Positions 11,796 through 26,746 of a DNA stretch of 64,000 nucleotides are shown one piece after another. A program made the translations under genes and the position numbers. Numbering within the stretch: the stretch's first letter is position 1; every line of letters begins with the position of its first letter. This DNA comes from Macrostomum lignano. Taxonomy: Eukaryota. The notes beneath the pieces were generated by a model. The model had not been told where the DNA came from, made no database searches, and was given only the letters and a program-made list of their open reading frames with translations. Location of the stretch: assembly GCA_002269645.1 (NCBI GenBank), contig NIVC01003437.1, positions 1-64,000 of the forward strand. The letters are read 5' to 3'.

Positions 11796-12772
11796 CTTTA
11801 AAAACAGCTCTTTGTCTAGGAAAATTTTGTCATACGTACGGTGCCATAGGGGCATAGACTCACGTATAGCGGCCGTTTTTTGTGCTTGCTGTGCAGAGTT
11901 TTTTCCACAACATACGAATTAGGATATTACATGTATATTAATTACTGTACCATTACATGTATGCAGGGGCGTCGCCACCGGGGGACAGCCGACAGGAGGA
12001 CATGTCCCCCTCAGTAAAAGCTATGCGTTGTGTCCCCCCACCACCCCACCTTGTGACCTGTTATGGCAATCAGTAGTTTTGCTTCTGTTTAATGGCAATC
12101 AATTGAGTGCCTGCGGCGCCAAAATAAGCGCTAACAATACCGATTCTCAGGATAATGTTGGAATTTATAGTCATTTAGAATCCTTGGCTTCGTCCCCCCC
12201 ACCATACGATCTACAATGTAATCCCCCTCCCGCCCAGTCAGACGTACATGTAGCTGTTGGCAATCCATGTACATGTACATGTGTATATAGCGCTGTTTCG
12301 GTCTTGCCTGGCCTTTTGCTCTGATCTATATGCCAGGACAAGCAATATCACACCCTGCAGCGTTGCTCATTAGAGGTCAAAGGTAGCAGTGTCCTGCCAG
12401 AGTTTGTGGCTGGATCAAAGCCATATATAAATGTATGATTGTTGTTGTAAACTAAAAAGACTGTAGTAATTAAATGTTTAATATAATAAGTTAGTCAGTA
12501 TTTTTAGTAAGCATTTATTAATTAAAGAAATAATTAATGCATTAATCTTTTATATACATGTAGTTGTCCCTGAATTAATGTTAAATGCATACTATGCCAT
12601 GTACATGGGGCTTGACTTACTTAATTTATGCTTGCAAATTTTCAAACTGTTCTACTATGAGGCATTAGCTAAATACTGACGTCTCTTAGGTTCTCGGCTT
12701 CCTAAATGTCTTAGCTAAATAGCTATATTCATAGTAGGCTCTTTAATCATGTACATTACATAGCTGCAGCTA

Positions 12773-13553
12773 CTTAACGTTGCCAGTTTAAAGTGGTCCC
12801 GCAAAAGGGCCGTTGGACTACAATTTTCCTTTCAATTTCTCATTTAAAATTTCCAATTGTGTATTCTCACGTTTACTTGTAGTAGTGCGCAACTAATCTG
12901 TATCAATTGCTAAATCACTGCTTACTTTGTAAGCTTTGCGTACGCCTGTAGAGTCTCGCGCGATCAATAATTTCCGTTTCTTGTTTTTCCCTCGCCAGCC
13001 AATGAAAACTCTTCGCATATATTATGTTAACCCTCCTGCGCTCCTTTATTAACCCCGCCTGGCGGCGGGCTGGGGTTTTTTTTCACTTTCGCTCCTTATC
13101 TCTCGCCACGGCTCCACTCTGTCTGGGCCAGACTGTCAACGCACTCTTGCTCCACTGTGTACTGCCACGGCCCGACGCCCAATCTCGCCACTTTGTCTGT
13201 TTGCCTACTTGTTACTCACTGCCATCACTGTGCTCACAGCCATCACTTGCTACTCGGCTCCATCCCAATTATCATTATCTACTCAACTTTCATCTATAAG
13301 ACTAGATTACATCAACCCATTGTTGCAGCCGCCAGTGCCCCATAACGTCATAAGCTTCTGTATTAATATTAAACATCGATAATTATAAACCAGTTGGCGT
13401 CTTTTGTTGACTACCGCCATTGCCAAGTGCTACCGCTACAAAATCTACCCTGCCATTGTTGAGTTCACCATCCTTTTGGGACTAATAACGTCAGTACTCT
13501 CGTCAAACGGCCCTTTTGAGGGCTATAGCCACTACTACGCCAATAACGTGACA
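12773..13553. mobile_element. Solo LTR, family B (opposite orientation to 14223 and 43371; left end degraded)
   Basis: Reverse-complement homolog of 14223-15059; right end AACGTGACA. Flanks GCTA/ACTA look like an imperfect TSD. Absent at the paralogous site near 19330. Confidence 0.7.
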
Positions 13554-14222
13554 ACTAGCTGTATCATTAATTGTTCATTTACTTCTACAATGCATGTATG
13601 CACGTCACAACTTAAAAAGCTGTAATACTAGCTAGAATGTCTAAAACAGCCATCGGACCCGCGGCCTTCTTAACCTCAATCCGAGTGCCCTAGTGACACA
13701 ATAATTATCGACGCCAATTCTATTCGACGATTTTTGCATTATTATTCTTCTTTAAGTTATTATTATTGAAGAATTGGAGCATGATTTGGCTCTTCAAATT
13801 TCACCTGTCCAATTATAAGCGCGTCCTCATTCTTTCCAGGTCGACCTACTCATTTTGATTGCTCCTCAAATAGAAAGCATAATAGATAGCGCTTGTTCAA
13901 ACTCTGCCTGTGCTGTATAGCAAGGATCCAATTAAAATCTTCAAGTTATTTTTCATCTATAGACCGCACAGCTTTTTACCAAAAACATATTTTTTAAATT
14001 TAGGCATAATGCTTTGTCTTGAATTCCCTTTGCATATAATTGGTTTCCGCATACGATTGACGCATTGGAAATTGCATAAATTTGCATTTCTTTTATTTCC
14101 TATGCATGTAGATTTACTATTTGACAAATGCCAAAACGGAGCTTCGACTTAGTATTAGAAGTGGTGACAGACATTGACAGCATATTGCCTGTAGGCCACA
14201 ATTGTTGCAATAAGTACAATAG

Positions 14223-15059
14223 TGTCACGTTATTGATGTAGCGGCTATGGCTGTGACCCTCAAAAGGGCCGTTTTAACAAGCTTTGCAGTAAGTCGTAGT
14301 CCCAAAATAAGTTGAAGCCAACTCTCGTAAGCGGATTTTGTAGCGGAGCACTTGGCGATAAAGGCAGGAACTGCCGTAGTTGTCTTTATTGTTAATATCA
14401 GTATTAAGTTTGGTTGTTACTGGCAATACACAAACTAGAGCTTTCTGGGCACTGGCGGCTGCAACAATGGGTTGAATATAATTTGGATATGAAGTCAAGT
14501 GACAGGCGAATGATGCAATGGCGACGTAACGTGAGGAGTAGTGGCAATGAGCACAGTGAAGGCAGTGAAACGCAGTGGCGAGATTGGCGTCGGTCGTGGC
14601 GTGAGACAGTCAAGTAAGTGTGTGAGTAGGCTGGCCCAGACAGAGGGGCCGTGGCGAGAAATAAGGAGGCTCGAGGCAGCCAGACAAGAACGCAAAACCA
14701 CACACAAGGCCAAGAACAGACCGGGAGAAAAAGAGTGAGGAGTGCCCGCCGCCAGGCGGGGGGGGGTTTAATAAATGAGCGCAGAGAGGGGGGTAGCGCG
14801 AAGCACGAGCGGTTTTCATTGGCTGGCGAGAGAACTTAAAATTATCGATCGTGCCAATTTTATACGGTCGCGAGAGAGGATAGCAAAATATACAGTGAAT
14901 TAGAAATTGCCACAAAATCGTTGGGCACTACTACAAGTAAACGTCGCAATAAACAAATGGAAAAGTTTAGTTGAAACGGTGAAACTGAAGGGTTGAAACT
15001 ATAGAGAAACAGCAGTCCAACGGCCCTTTTCGGGACCACCTTAAACTGACAACGTCACA
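14223..15059. mobile_element. Solo LTR, family B (Ty3/Gypsy-like)
   Basis: Termini TGTCACGTT...AACGTCACA; perfect 4-bp TSD ATAG (14219-14222 and 15060-15063); empty paralogous site near 20000. Confidence 0.88.
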
Positions 15060-15501
15060 ATAGCTTATGCCTTGCTTCTTTAAATCACAGGAAATTATCA
15101 TGTATAGGGTGACATTTTAGCTATAAGGCCAAATAAGCATTCACTTATAAAAGATTAATAAGATTAATAAATCTGAACGGTTATCATTGTACAACCTGGT
15201 GAACGGTTGGCTGCCAAACCTGTTTAAACTTGTATTCAAAACAAGAAAATCGTTGTGTTAAGTCACTTCAAAAGTTTAAAGCATTTTAAACGCTCGATCG
15301 CATCGAAGACGTCATAAATGCACGCATTTCTTACTTAAGGTTACATAAAAATAAAAATTTATTAGTCTGAGGATCCGAACTGTTACTTTAAAAAGCATTG
15401 ATTCTTTGTTTATAATTACTTAAATCAGTATTCTTTTTAGTTCTTTAAAGTACAGTAAACTTGTTTATCGAGTATTTACCGTTAGTCATCAAGGGATAAA
15501 A

Positions 15502-16808
15502 TTAGTTAACATCTAACACCCAGAGCTGCAGTTTTCTATTTTTTCCGGCGCACCAGTCATCGAGAGCATCCAGCTGCTTCAACGTCATCTGACCTTGGGC
15601 AATAGCGAAGCACTCGATGAAGCCTTTAAAGTTACGTTTTGAATTACGACGTTTGTTGCCAAGACTGAGGCACCTGAAATTACCACGCCTGCCCCCATGT
15701 GTCGAGTTCAATACTTTAGCAGCTTTGTGCTCCAGGCTTCCGTTGAAGTAGTGCCTCAAACCATGTTTTCTAAATGTGAAGCCAAGTCCGACAAATCGTC
15801 CGTTTGAAGTCGCCTTACAATGGGAAAATCTTAAAAGTTGCATATTCCTATGCTCTACATATCGATACACAATACAGCCATCGTTCTTTAGACTGGCTAC
15901 CATTCCTTTTCTGAAGTTCCGACATCTTGAAAAGCGAAAAACTACTTTAGAATTCTCGCTGAAAATAAGAGAGAATGAAATACGTTAGTTGTAAAAAGAT
16001 TAGAAAGCGCTATTCGTAAATCCTTACTCACTCTCCATTGAAGACGAACTTGGCTCGCATGAGCACGGTCACGTTGGGCTCGGGCACAAACAGGTCCTCG
16101 ATTCCGTCCGCCGTGCTCACACCGATGAAGGAGCCAGACTCTCCCGTCACGAACGCGCCCGCAGACCGGTTGAGCACAGCCGACACGAGCACCGGAGTGT
16201 GCGGATTCCGGTGCACAGGCGCCAGGTTGAACGAGCCCACACGGAAGTGGTACAGAATCCGCAGCGAGCTCACCGCGATGCTGCTGGGCAGGTCAGTCGT
16301 GTGAGCTGCAATTCGATAACGATTTAACGATATGAGCACATCGATGCCTGCATATAGACTCGCCAATGAGTGGACTTCCACAGCTGCATTCACGCACTGC
16401 ATGGGCACAGCTGTGCTCAAACACTGACTTGCTCATGCAGGAATGACAGAATGACTTCTCACCCTGCTGGAACTTTGCCAGCCTCCGCCTGTTCACAAAC
16501 GAGTCGCACTGGCCGTGTCCGTACAGCCATGCAGTGAGGAAGGCCTCAGCAGTCGCCAGCAGACACCAGCGATGCTCAGCGACCATGCTGGCAGCTGCAC
16601 AGCTCTCTGTCGTGTGGCAGCTCAGCACGCAGCCAGCGATGCTGTGGTCAGGCAGTTGATGAGGCTCCAGCTTCCGCACTCCATCAGCGGACAGGTCGTC
16701 AGGCGGACAGGCGACCAGTCTGTCGTAGTCGGCGAGCCCCACGATGGACGCCGAGGCGATGGCAATGAGGCAAAATAATTGCCCAAATGTGCTTAACAAA
16801 GCTAGCAT
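15502..16808 (-). CDS. Secreted PAN/Apple + LamG/ConA-like protein, copy 1 (3 exons, 358 aa)
   Basis: Exons 16808-16463, 16305-16032 and 15958-15502, with GT-AG introns of phase 1 and 2 giving an open spliced frame. Hydrophobic N-terminus; PAN Cys pattern CVLSCHTTESC...WCLL; LamG-like GFTF..HYFNG, LSLG and FKGFIECFAI. Confidence 0.8.
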
Positions 16809-17821
16809 GCTGGCAAGAGCTAAAAATATTTCAAATTGCCGGTGAAACTGGCTTCTTTAGGCTGCTTTTTAAATATCGGGAAAATATCCTTTAGCTAATA
16901 GACCAGAAGAATGAGTTCCGTGTAGCATGCTGCCACTAGCTTACCCGAGATGAGGCCATATTTGCTCTTCAGGTGAGGATCTCACATCGTAGGAAAACCG
17001 CGCAAACTCAAAAATCGATTGCTCTGAAAGATAAGGATTGGTATTAACAGCTTAGACGAGGCTGTAGTAGTCGTGTCAGTTGACAAGGTGAAGAAAATTG
17101 ACAGAAACAAATTGAGAAAACACACGGCTTCTCATAATTTGCAAATGATTTTTGGGATGTTAAGACGTGATGCAGGAGTGGCTGCTTCTAATGCAAACCC
17201 CAATAATCCATCCATATTGCTTGTTCGCCGCAGGCGCAACTAAATTTGAAGGACGCAAAACGTAATAGTCCAGCAATATGATTTTTCTTTAAATTTTTTT
17301 AGTGTCAATAACTGACTGGCTGACGTATCAGCAACGTTTTTACGGATCCCGGTTCTGACAGGCTTGCAACATCAGCACGCAATGGGAGGTTTGAAGATTC
17401 ACAGAACTACATGTAGGTTAGCTAAGGTTAAGAGCTGTGGCAGGAGATTATACAGTAAGAAGCATCTATGTCGCATCAGCTAGCATATGATATTTCATTT
17501 TTGTACGACAATACGAGTGTATATCGATCTTGATTCGAGTCGAATAAAATCTGCGCTTGAGCTACAAGTATACCAGAAATAATGTAGTTTAAGTCTGCAT
17601 GAAGAGATATTGTTATTATATGATTATGCTATCTTATTTCGTTCCCTAATATGAAAATGCTAATTGATTTCGTTTGCATCGCAACTTAAATACGAGCGTA
17701 ATTTTGTAACGACTCCGGCTTATTTACGAGTATTTACCGGAGACTATAGCACGGTTCTAGTAGTAGTACGTATTCAAGTGGCTACGCCCCTCAGGCCTGA
17801 ACGATTTGCTAAAGAAAGTTA

Positions 17822-17964
17822 CCATAATCATAATCATAATCATAATCATAATAGTTTAAGGAAATAGTATTATTGTAATAATGATTATGATTGTGATTAT
17901 GATTATGACTATGATGATGATGATGATGATGATGATGATTATTATTATTATTATTATTATTATG

Positions 17965-18014
<50 letters not shown>

Positions 18015-18040
18015 CATTATTATCATTATTTTTATTACTA
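17822..18040. repeat. Compound microsatellite (CATAAT)n/(GAT)n/(ATT)n
   Basis: Directly visible. Confidence 0.97.
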
Positions 18041-18970
18041 TTAATATCATTAGATACATGCAGACGGAAAAGATTCTAATTAGTCTGAAAAGTTTGAATC
18101 TTGCATAGTGTTAGTGTGTTTTCAAGCCCAAGCATTCTATGCATTCTGTTGTACTATATTTCCTAAATCCCACGTTGTTAAAGTCCGCTTGCTGTAATAC
18201 TAGCCTCCCATCGGTTTCAAATAAAAAAGCTTTAATTGCCTGGCTACGATTAGCCATCTGCGAATACTATACGTAAAATGAGTTTCCTGCATAACCAGTG
18301 CATCCTACGGTCACAGCACATAGACTGCTTGATCAAAGTCAAAGACTGCTGCCACATGCTTACAGAAAAGACTGTAATAAGTTGTATTACATAAGTTGCA
18401 TGTTTAAAATCGTATGTGTCAAATTTCTTGGAAGCGTAGTCTACATGTAATTAAACAAAATAACTTATTATTAAAACCCTAGAAAAAATTTATGCACATA
18501 AATATAACACTTAAGAAGTACAAGTAGTATCTTGACTAAAGTTTAAAGAAATACACTTGCTTCTAATTACATAATTATCAAACCATGACAGATTTAGTTA
18601 GTTAAGTTATGAATTATGCCCATGAAGGAGTGTAGGAGGTCGAAGAAGTCTGGGTATCATCGCCGGTCAGTCTAAAAATGTTGGCTTGTTTATCTAGAGG
18701 TAGCCACTACTAATTCCTAGATTAATCAATCACACATTCTGGCACTGGGTGTTAAGGCCTTAAAGCGATGACAGAGCCGTTGCAATTGACCAACAAATAA
18801 TAATTTAGATATCTTTTTGGTTCACAAATATTGAAGCACATGGAATGAAGCAAATTCTTCAAATGGAGAATTTGAAACAAAGACTAAATAGGCCTTGAAA
18901 GTAAACAAATCTAATCTTCGATGTGTTTACGGACAAAATATTTGGATCTTGATTGGTCTAATAACTTAAT

Positions 18971-19273
18971 AGTCACGCACTGCATGGGCACAGCTGCAGT
19001 CACGCACTGCATGGGCACAGCTGCAGTCACACACTGCATGGGCACAGCTGCAGTCACGCACTGCATGGGCACAGCTGCAGTCACACACTGCATGGGCACA
19101 GCTGCAGTCACACTGCATGGGCACAGCTGCAGTCACACACTGCATGGGCACAGCTGCAGTCACGCACTGCATGGGCACAGCTGCAGTCACACACTGCATG
19201 GGCACAGCTGCAGTCACACTGCATGGGCACAGCTGCAGTCACGCACTGCATGGGCACAGCTGCAGTCACACAC
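18971..19273. repeat. 27-bp minisatellite GTCACGCACTGCATGGGCACAGCTGCA, about 11 units, outside any intron
   Basis: Same unit as in intron 1 of the PAN-LamG genes, with no adjacent exon sequence. Confidence 0.95.
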
Positions 19274-20214
19274 ACTCATTCTTGCTCAGCTAATAGCTAT
19301 ATTCATAGTAAGCTCTTAATCATGTACATTGCATGCACACTGTATCATTTGTTTATTTCAGTTTTACGAGCCTCGTACATGTATACATGTAACCACGCAA
19401 TAAAAGCTGCAATACTACTCTAGCTATAATGTCTAAAATAACCAGCGACCCGGCCTTCTTAACTCAATCAGTCCCCTAGTGACACATTCACTAATTATCG
19501 AAGCCAATTCTATCAGCCGTTCGTTCCCAGGAGTGATCTGCAGCAGGTGGTATTTTTCTTAAAGATTTGAGAATAGTTTGGCTGATCCTCCTCCTCATTC
19601 TCCAGGTTGACCTTACTCATTTTGATTGTTCCTCAAATAGAAAGCAAAAAGATAGCGCTTGCTTAAACTCTGTCTGAGCATGTGTATAGCAAATATCCAA
19701 TTAAAATCTTCAAGTTATTTTTTATCTCTAGACCGCACAGCTTTTGCCAAAAGCATATTTTTTAATTTTGCATAAATGCTTTGTCTTGAATTTCCTTTGC
19801 ATAAATGGTTCGAGCCTGCAACGTGCTGATCAATTTCAGCATAAGATTGAAGCATTAGAAATTGCATAAATTTGCATTTCTTGTAATTCCTATGCAGGTA
19901 AATGTAGATTTACTATTGACAAATGACAAACAGAGCATATTGCTTCGAGTGGTGACAGACATTGACAGCATATTGCCTGTAGGCCACAATTGTTGCAATC
20001 AGTACCTTGCCTCCTTACAGGAAATGATCATAACTGATCCTAGCTGTTACTTTAAAAAGCATTTTTAAATAACATTAATAAAAAACATTATAATTGGTTA
20101 AATGAGTGTTATTTTTAGTTCTCTAAAGTATATTAAACTTGTTTATCAAGAATTGATAGTTAGTCATCAAGTGATAAAATTTGTTAATACGCTCGTATTC
20201 AGATCTGCAGCTGT

Positions 20215-21426
20215 CTATTTTTTTCCGGTGCACCAGTCATCAAGAGCATCCAGCTGCTTCAAGTTCATCAGACCTTGGGCAATAGCGAAGCACTCGATGA
20301 AGCCTTTAAAGTTGCGAAGTGAATTACGACGTTCGTTGCCAAGACTGAGGCACCTGAAATTACCACGCCTGCCCTCATGTGTCGAGTTCAATACTTTAGC
20401 AGTTTTGTGCTCCAGGCTTCTGTTGAAGTAGTGCAGCAAATCGCGTTTTCTAAATGTGAAGCCAAGTCCGACAAATCGTCCGTTTGAAGTCGCCTTACAA
20501 TGGGCAAATCTTAAAAGTTGCATATTCCTGTGCTCCACATACCGATACACAATGCTGCCATCGTTCTTTAGTCTGGCTACCATCCCTTTTCTGAAGTTCC
20601 GACATCTTGAAAAGCGAAAAACTACACTAGAATTCTCGCTGAAAACAAGAAAGAATGAAATACGTTAGTTGTAAAAAGATTAAAAAGCGCTATTCGTAAA
20701 TACTTACTCACTCTCCATTGAAGTCGAACTTGGCTCGCATGAACACGGTCACGTTGGGCTTGGGCACAAACAGGTCCTCGATTCCGTCGGCCGTGCTCAC
20801 ACCGATGAAGGAGCCAGACTCTCCCGTCACGAACGCGCCCGCAGACCGGTTGAGCACAGCCGACACGAGCACCGGAGTGTGCGGATTCCGGTGCACAGGC
20901 GCCAGGTTGAACGAGCCCACACGGAAGTGGTACAGAATCCGCAGCGAGCTCACCGCGATGCTGCTGGGCAGGTCGGTCGTGTGAGCTGCAATTCGATAAC
21001 GATATAGCGATATGAGCACATCGATGCCTGCATGGACTCGCCAGTGAATGAACTGGGCACAACTGCAGTCACTCATGACTTCTCACCCTGCTGGAACTTT
21101 GCCAGCCTCCGCCTGTTCACAAACGAGTCGCACTGGCCGTGTCCGTGCAGCCATGCAGTGAGGAAGGCCTCGGCAGTCGCCAGCAGACACCAGCGATGCT
21201 CAGCGACCATGCTGGCAGCTGCACAGCTCTCTGTCGTGTGGCAGCTCAGCACGCAGCCAGCAATGCTTCGGTCAGGCAGTTGATGAGGATCCAGCTTCCG
21301 TACTCCATCAACGGGCAGGTCGTCAAGTGGACAGGCGTCCAGTCTGTCGTAGTCGGCGAGACCCACGATGGATGCCGAAGTGCAACTCGAGCCAACGATC
21401 AATATTGCCAAAGCAAGCATATTCAT
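20215..21426 (-). CDS. Secreted PAN/Apple + LamG/ConA-like protein, copy 2 (3 exons, 345 aa)
   Basis: Exons 21426-21087, 20985-20712 and 20638-20215 with the same splice phases as copy 1; tandem offset 4680 bp. An A7 versus A6 run shortens the C-terminus. Confidence 0.78.
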
Positions 21427-21682
21427 ATTTTTGTCAATCTAAAGCTTCAGCAATCTAGAATTTCTATCGTGCTCATACTTACTGTATAAAGAGACACGTC
21501 GGAATGGAAGAATTACAAGTAATTATTACTCATTTTTGGAGCCAATAATTTGACAATTTGTCATCCTCGTTTGGCTTCCGATTGGTCTAGCTGCGCATGT
21601 GCTATCGTGCAACCAGCACTGCATTCACAGATCCGATGCATACAGATAAAGCTGGACGGATTGCCGCAAAGATTTCTCTTAG

Positions 21683-24945
<3,263 letters not shown>

Positions 24946-25207
24946 TCTGCTGATTAAAACAAAACACTTAATTGGTAAATATTTAAATTTTAGCATTTTA
25001 GATTTTGTTTTGTTGGATTGGTATATTTTTCAAGGACTTTTTTGATCCCCAAACATTGATTGAAACTAGATGACTGTCAGATCTTTGTTAATTCATACAC
25101 AATAAAATGAGTACAGTAATTTTTCCGAGATGCAGTTGTTAAACAATAAAAAAGCTTGTTTTGATTTCAACACAATCTCCCTCACACAGAAGCAAACCAG
25201 ACAAGGT

Positions 25208-26746
25208 CTACTCAACCACAACGAACTTCTCCACCATTCCGTCTTCTCCAACGCAAGTTTCCACTTTGACATCCAAGTTGTCGACCTCCTGGGGCGTCAG
25301 GCCTCCGCTTCCGTCGGCGCTGCGCACGGAGATGAATTTCTTCTGTTGGCCATTGGGCAGATCGTGACCAGTGACCCTCACCGTGTAGGTCTTTTCGTCT
25401 TTGAGTTGCACACCAGTCGCCTCGGCTACAAATTCGCCTTCTTCAAGCGTAGCCGACTGGGCTTCCGTACCGAATTCTACAACTTTTTGATCCTTTGGTG
25501 GATTCTCCTCTTGCTTTGCAGGCTCAGGACTGAGCTTAAAGTACTTTAAATCCTCCGGGTCGGACGCAAAGATGCCTTCCTGCTTGTCATTGCTTGACGC
25601 TCCAGTGGCTTTAGCTTCAGGTTTTGGACCGAACTTGATGTACTTCAGGGCTTCTGGATCTGACGCAAAGATACCCTCCGGCTCGTCGTTGCTTGACGTT
25701 CCGGGCTTCGGGCCAAACTTGATGTACTTCAGAGCTTCAGGGTCGGATGCGAAGACGCCCTCTTGCTCGTCATTGCTCGACGCTCCACCGACTTTAGCTC
25801 CAGGCTTCGGACCGAACTTGATGTACTTTAAAGCTTCAGGGTCGGATGCGAAGACGCCCTCTTGTTCGTCGTTGTTCGAGGCACCGTCTTTCGGACCGAA
25901 CTTGATTAACTTTAGAGCTTCGGGGTCTGACGCGAAGATGCCTTCTTGCTCGCCAATGCTCAACACTCCACTAGCTTTTGCTCCAGGCTTCGGACCTAAC
26001 TTGATGTACTTCATGGCCTCCGGGTCCGACGCAAAGATGCCTTCCTGCTCGTCGTTGCTCGAGGCACCGTCTTTCGGACCGAACTTGATGTATTTTAGAG
26101 CTTCAGGGTCTGAGGCAAAGATGCCCTCCTGCTCGTCATTGCTCGACGCTCCACTGGCTTTCGCTCCAGGCTTCGGACCGAACTTGATGTACTTTAAAGC
26201 TTCAGGGTCGGATGCGAAGACGCCCTCTTGCTCGTCGTTGCTTGAAGCTCCTGTCCTTATTCCCATGTGAGCCTCGGGATTGGATTCCATGACTCCGAAC
26301 TGTTGACTTGATCCACCTGAATCAGGCACGCGTCCATATCGAATGCTGTTTTGGGTATCAGAGTCGGAGGCGATCACACCTTCCTGTTTTTGACCATCCG
26401 CATCGAGAGTCGATCTTTTGCTACCTCTTAGGTGGACGATCCTCGACATGGTGGTAGATTCATTGTACTCTACCGGGGTTTCATGGACAGCAATGGTTGC
26501 ATAGCTGAGTCCGTCGTGCTGCTCTTCCTTGGTGAATAGCACCTGCAGTGTCTTCTCAGGCAACTCATCGTAAGTGAGTTCAGCAGCCGGAGTGATGCAG
26601 ACACTGTCGTATTTCATGCCAGACTTTGTTCCATGGTCTTTCACAACAACGTTGTAGGTGTCGCTGGTTGGAATACCTTCATCATCGAGGCCAAGTACCG
26701 TTTGCATGGACCGGACCTCGATTCCACCATCAACTGATTCAGCCAT
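25208..26746 (-). CDS. Orphan 512-aa acidic protein with 8 tandem repeats (SSNDEQEG[IV]FASDPEALKYIKFGPK...)
   Basis: Single ATG-started ORF with non-repetitive N- and C-termini. The repeat units differ largely at third codon positions. TATA-like TATTTAA about 90 nt upstream on the minus strand. Confidence 0.8.
   Translation of the reverse strand: MAESVDGGIEVRSMQTVLGLDDEGIPTSDTYNVVVKDHGTKSGMKYDSVCITPAAELTYDELPEKTLQVLFTKEEQHDGLSYATIAVHETPVEYNESTTMSRIVHLRGSKRSTLDADGQKQEGVIASDSDTQNSIRYGRVPDSGGSSQQFGVMESNPEAHMGIRTGASSNDEQEGVFASDPEALKYIKFGPKPGAKASGASSNDEQEGIFASDPEALKYIKFGPKDGASSNDEQEGIFASDPEAMKYIKLGPKPGAKASGVLSIGEQEGIFASDPEALKLIKFGPKDGASNNDEQEGVFASDPEALKYIKFGPKPGAKVGGASSNDEQEGVFASDPEALKYIKFGPKPGTSSNDEPEGIFASDPEALKYIKFGPKPEAKATGASSNDKQEGIFASDPEDLKYFKLSPEPAKQEENPPKDQKVVEFGTEAQSATLEEGEFVAEATGVQLKDEKTYTVRVTGHDLPNGQQKKFISVRSADGSGGLTPQEVDNLDVKVETCVGEDGMVEKFVVVE

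Noticed and set aside
11964-12020. CAGGGGCGTCGCCACCGGGGG, resembling a DNA-transposon TIR
   Set aside because: No matching right TIR found nearby.
17856-18108. Poly-Ile and poly-Met ORFs
   Set aside because: Microsatellite translations.
18911-19423. Cys-rich ORFs (TAAVPMQCV, CSCAHAV repeats), also at 29535-30062
   Set aside because: Translations of the 27-bp minisatellite, which is intronic in the gene copies.
25572-26270. 232-aa plus-strand ORF
   Set aside because: Antisense shadow of the 512-aa repeat protein.
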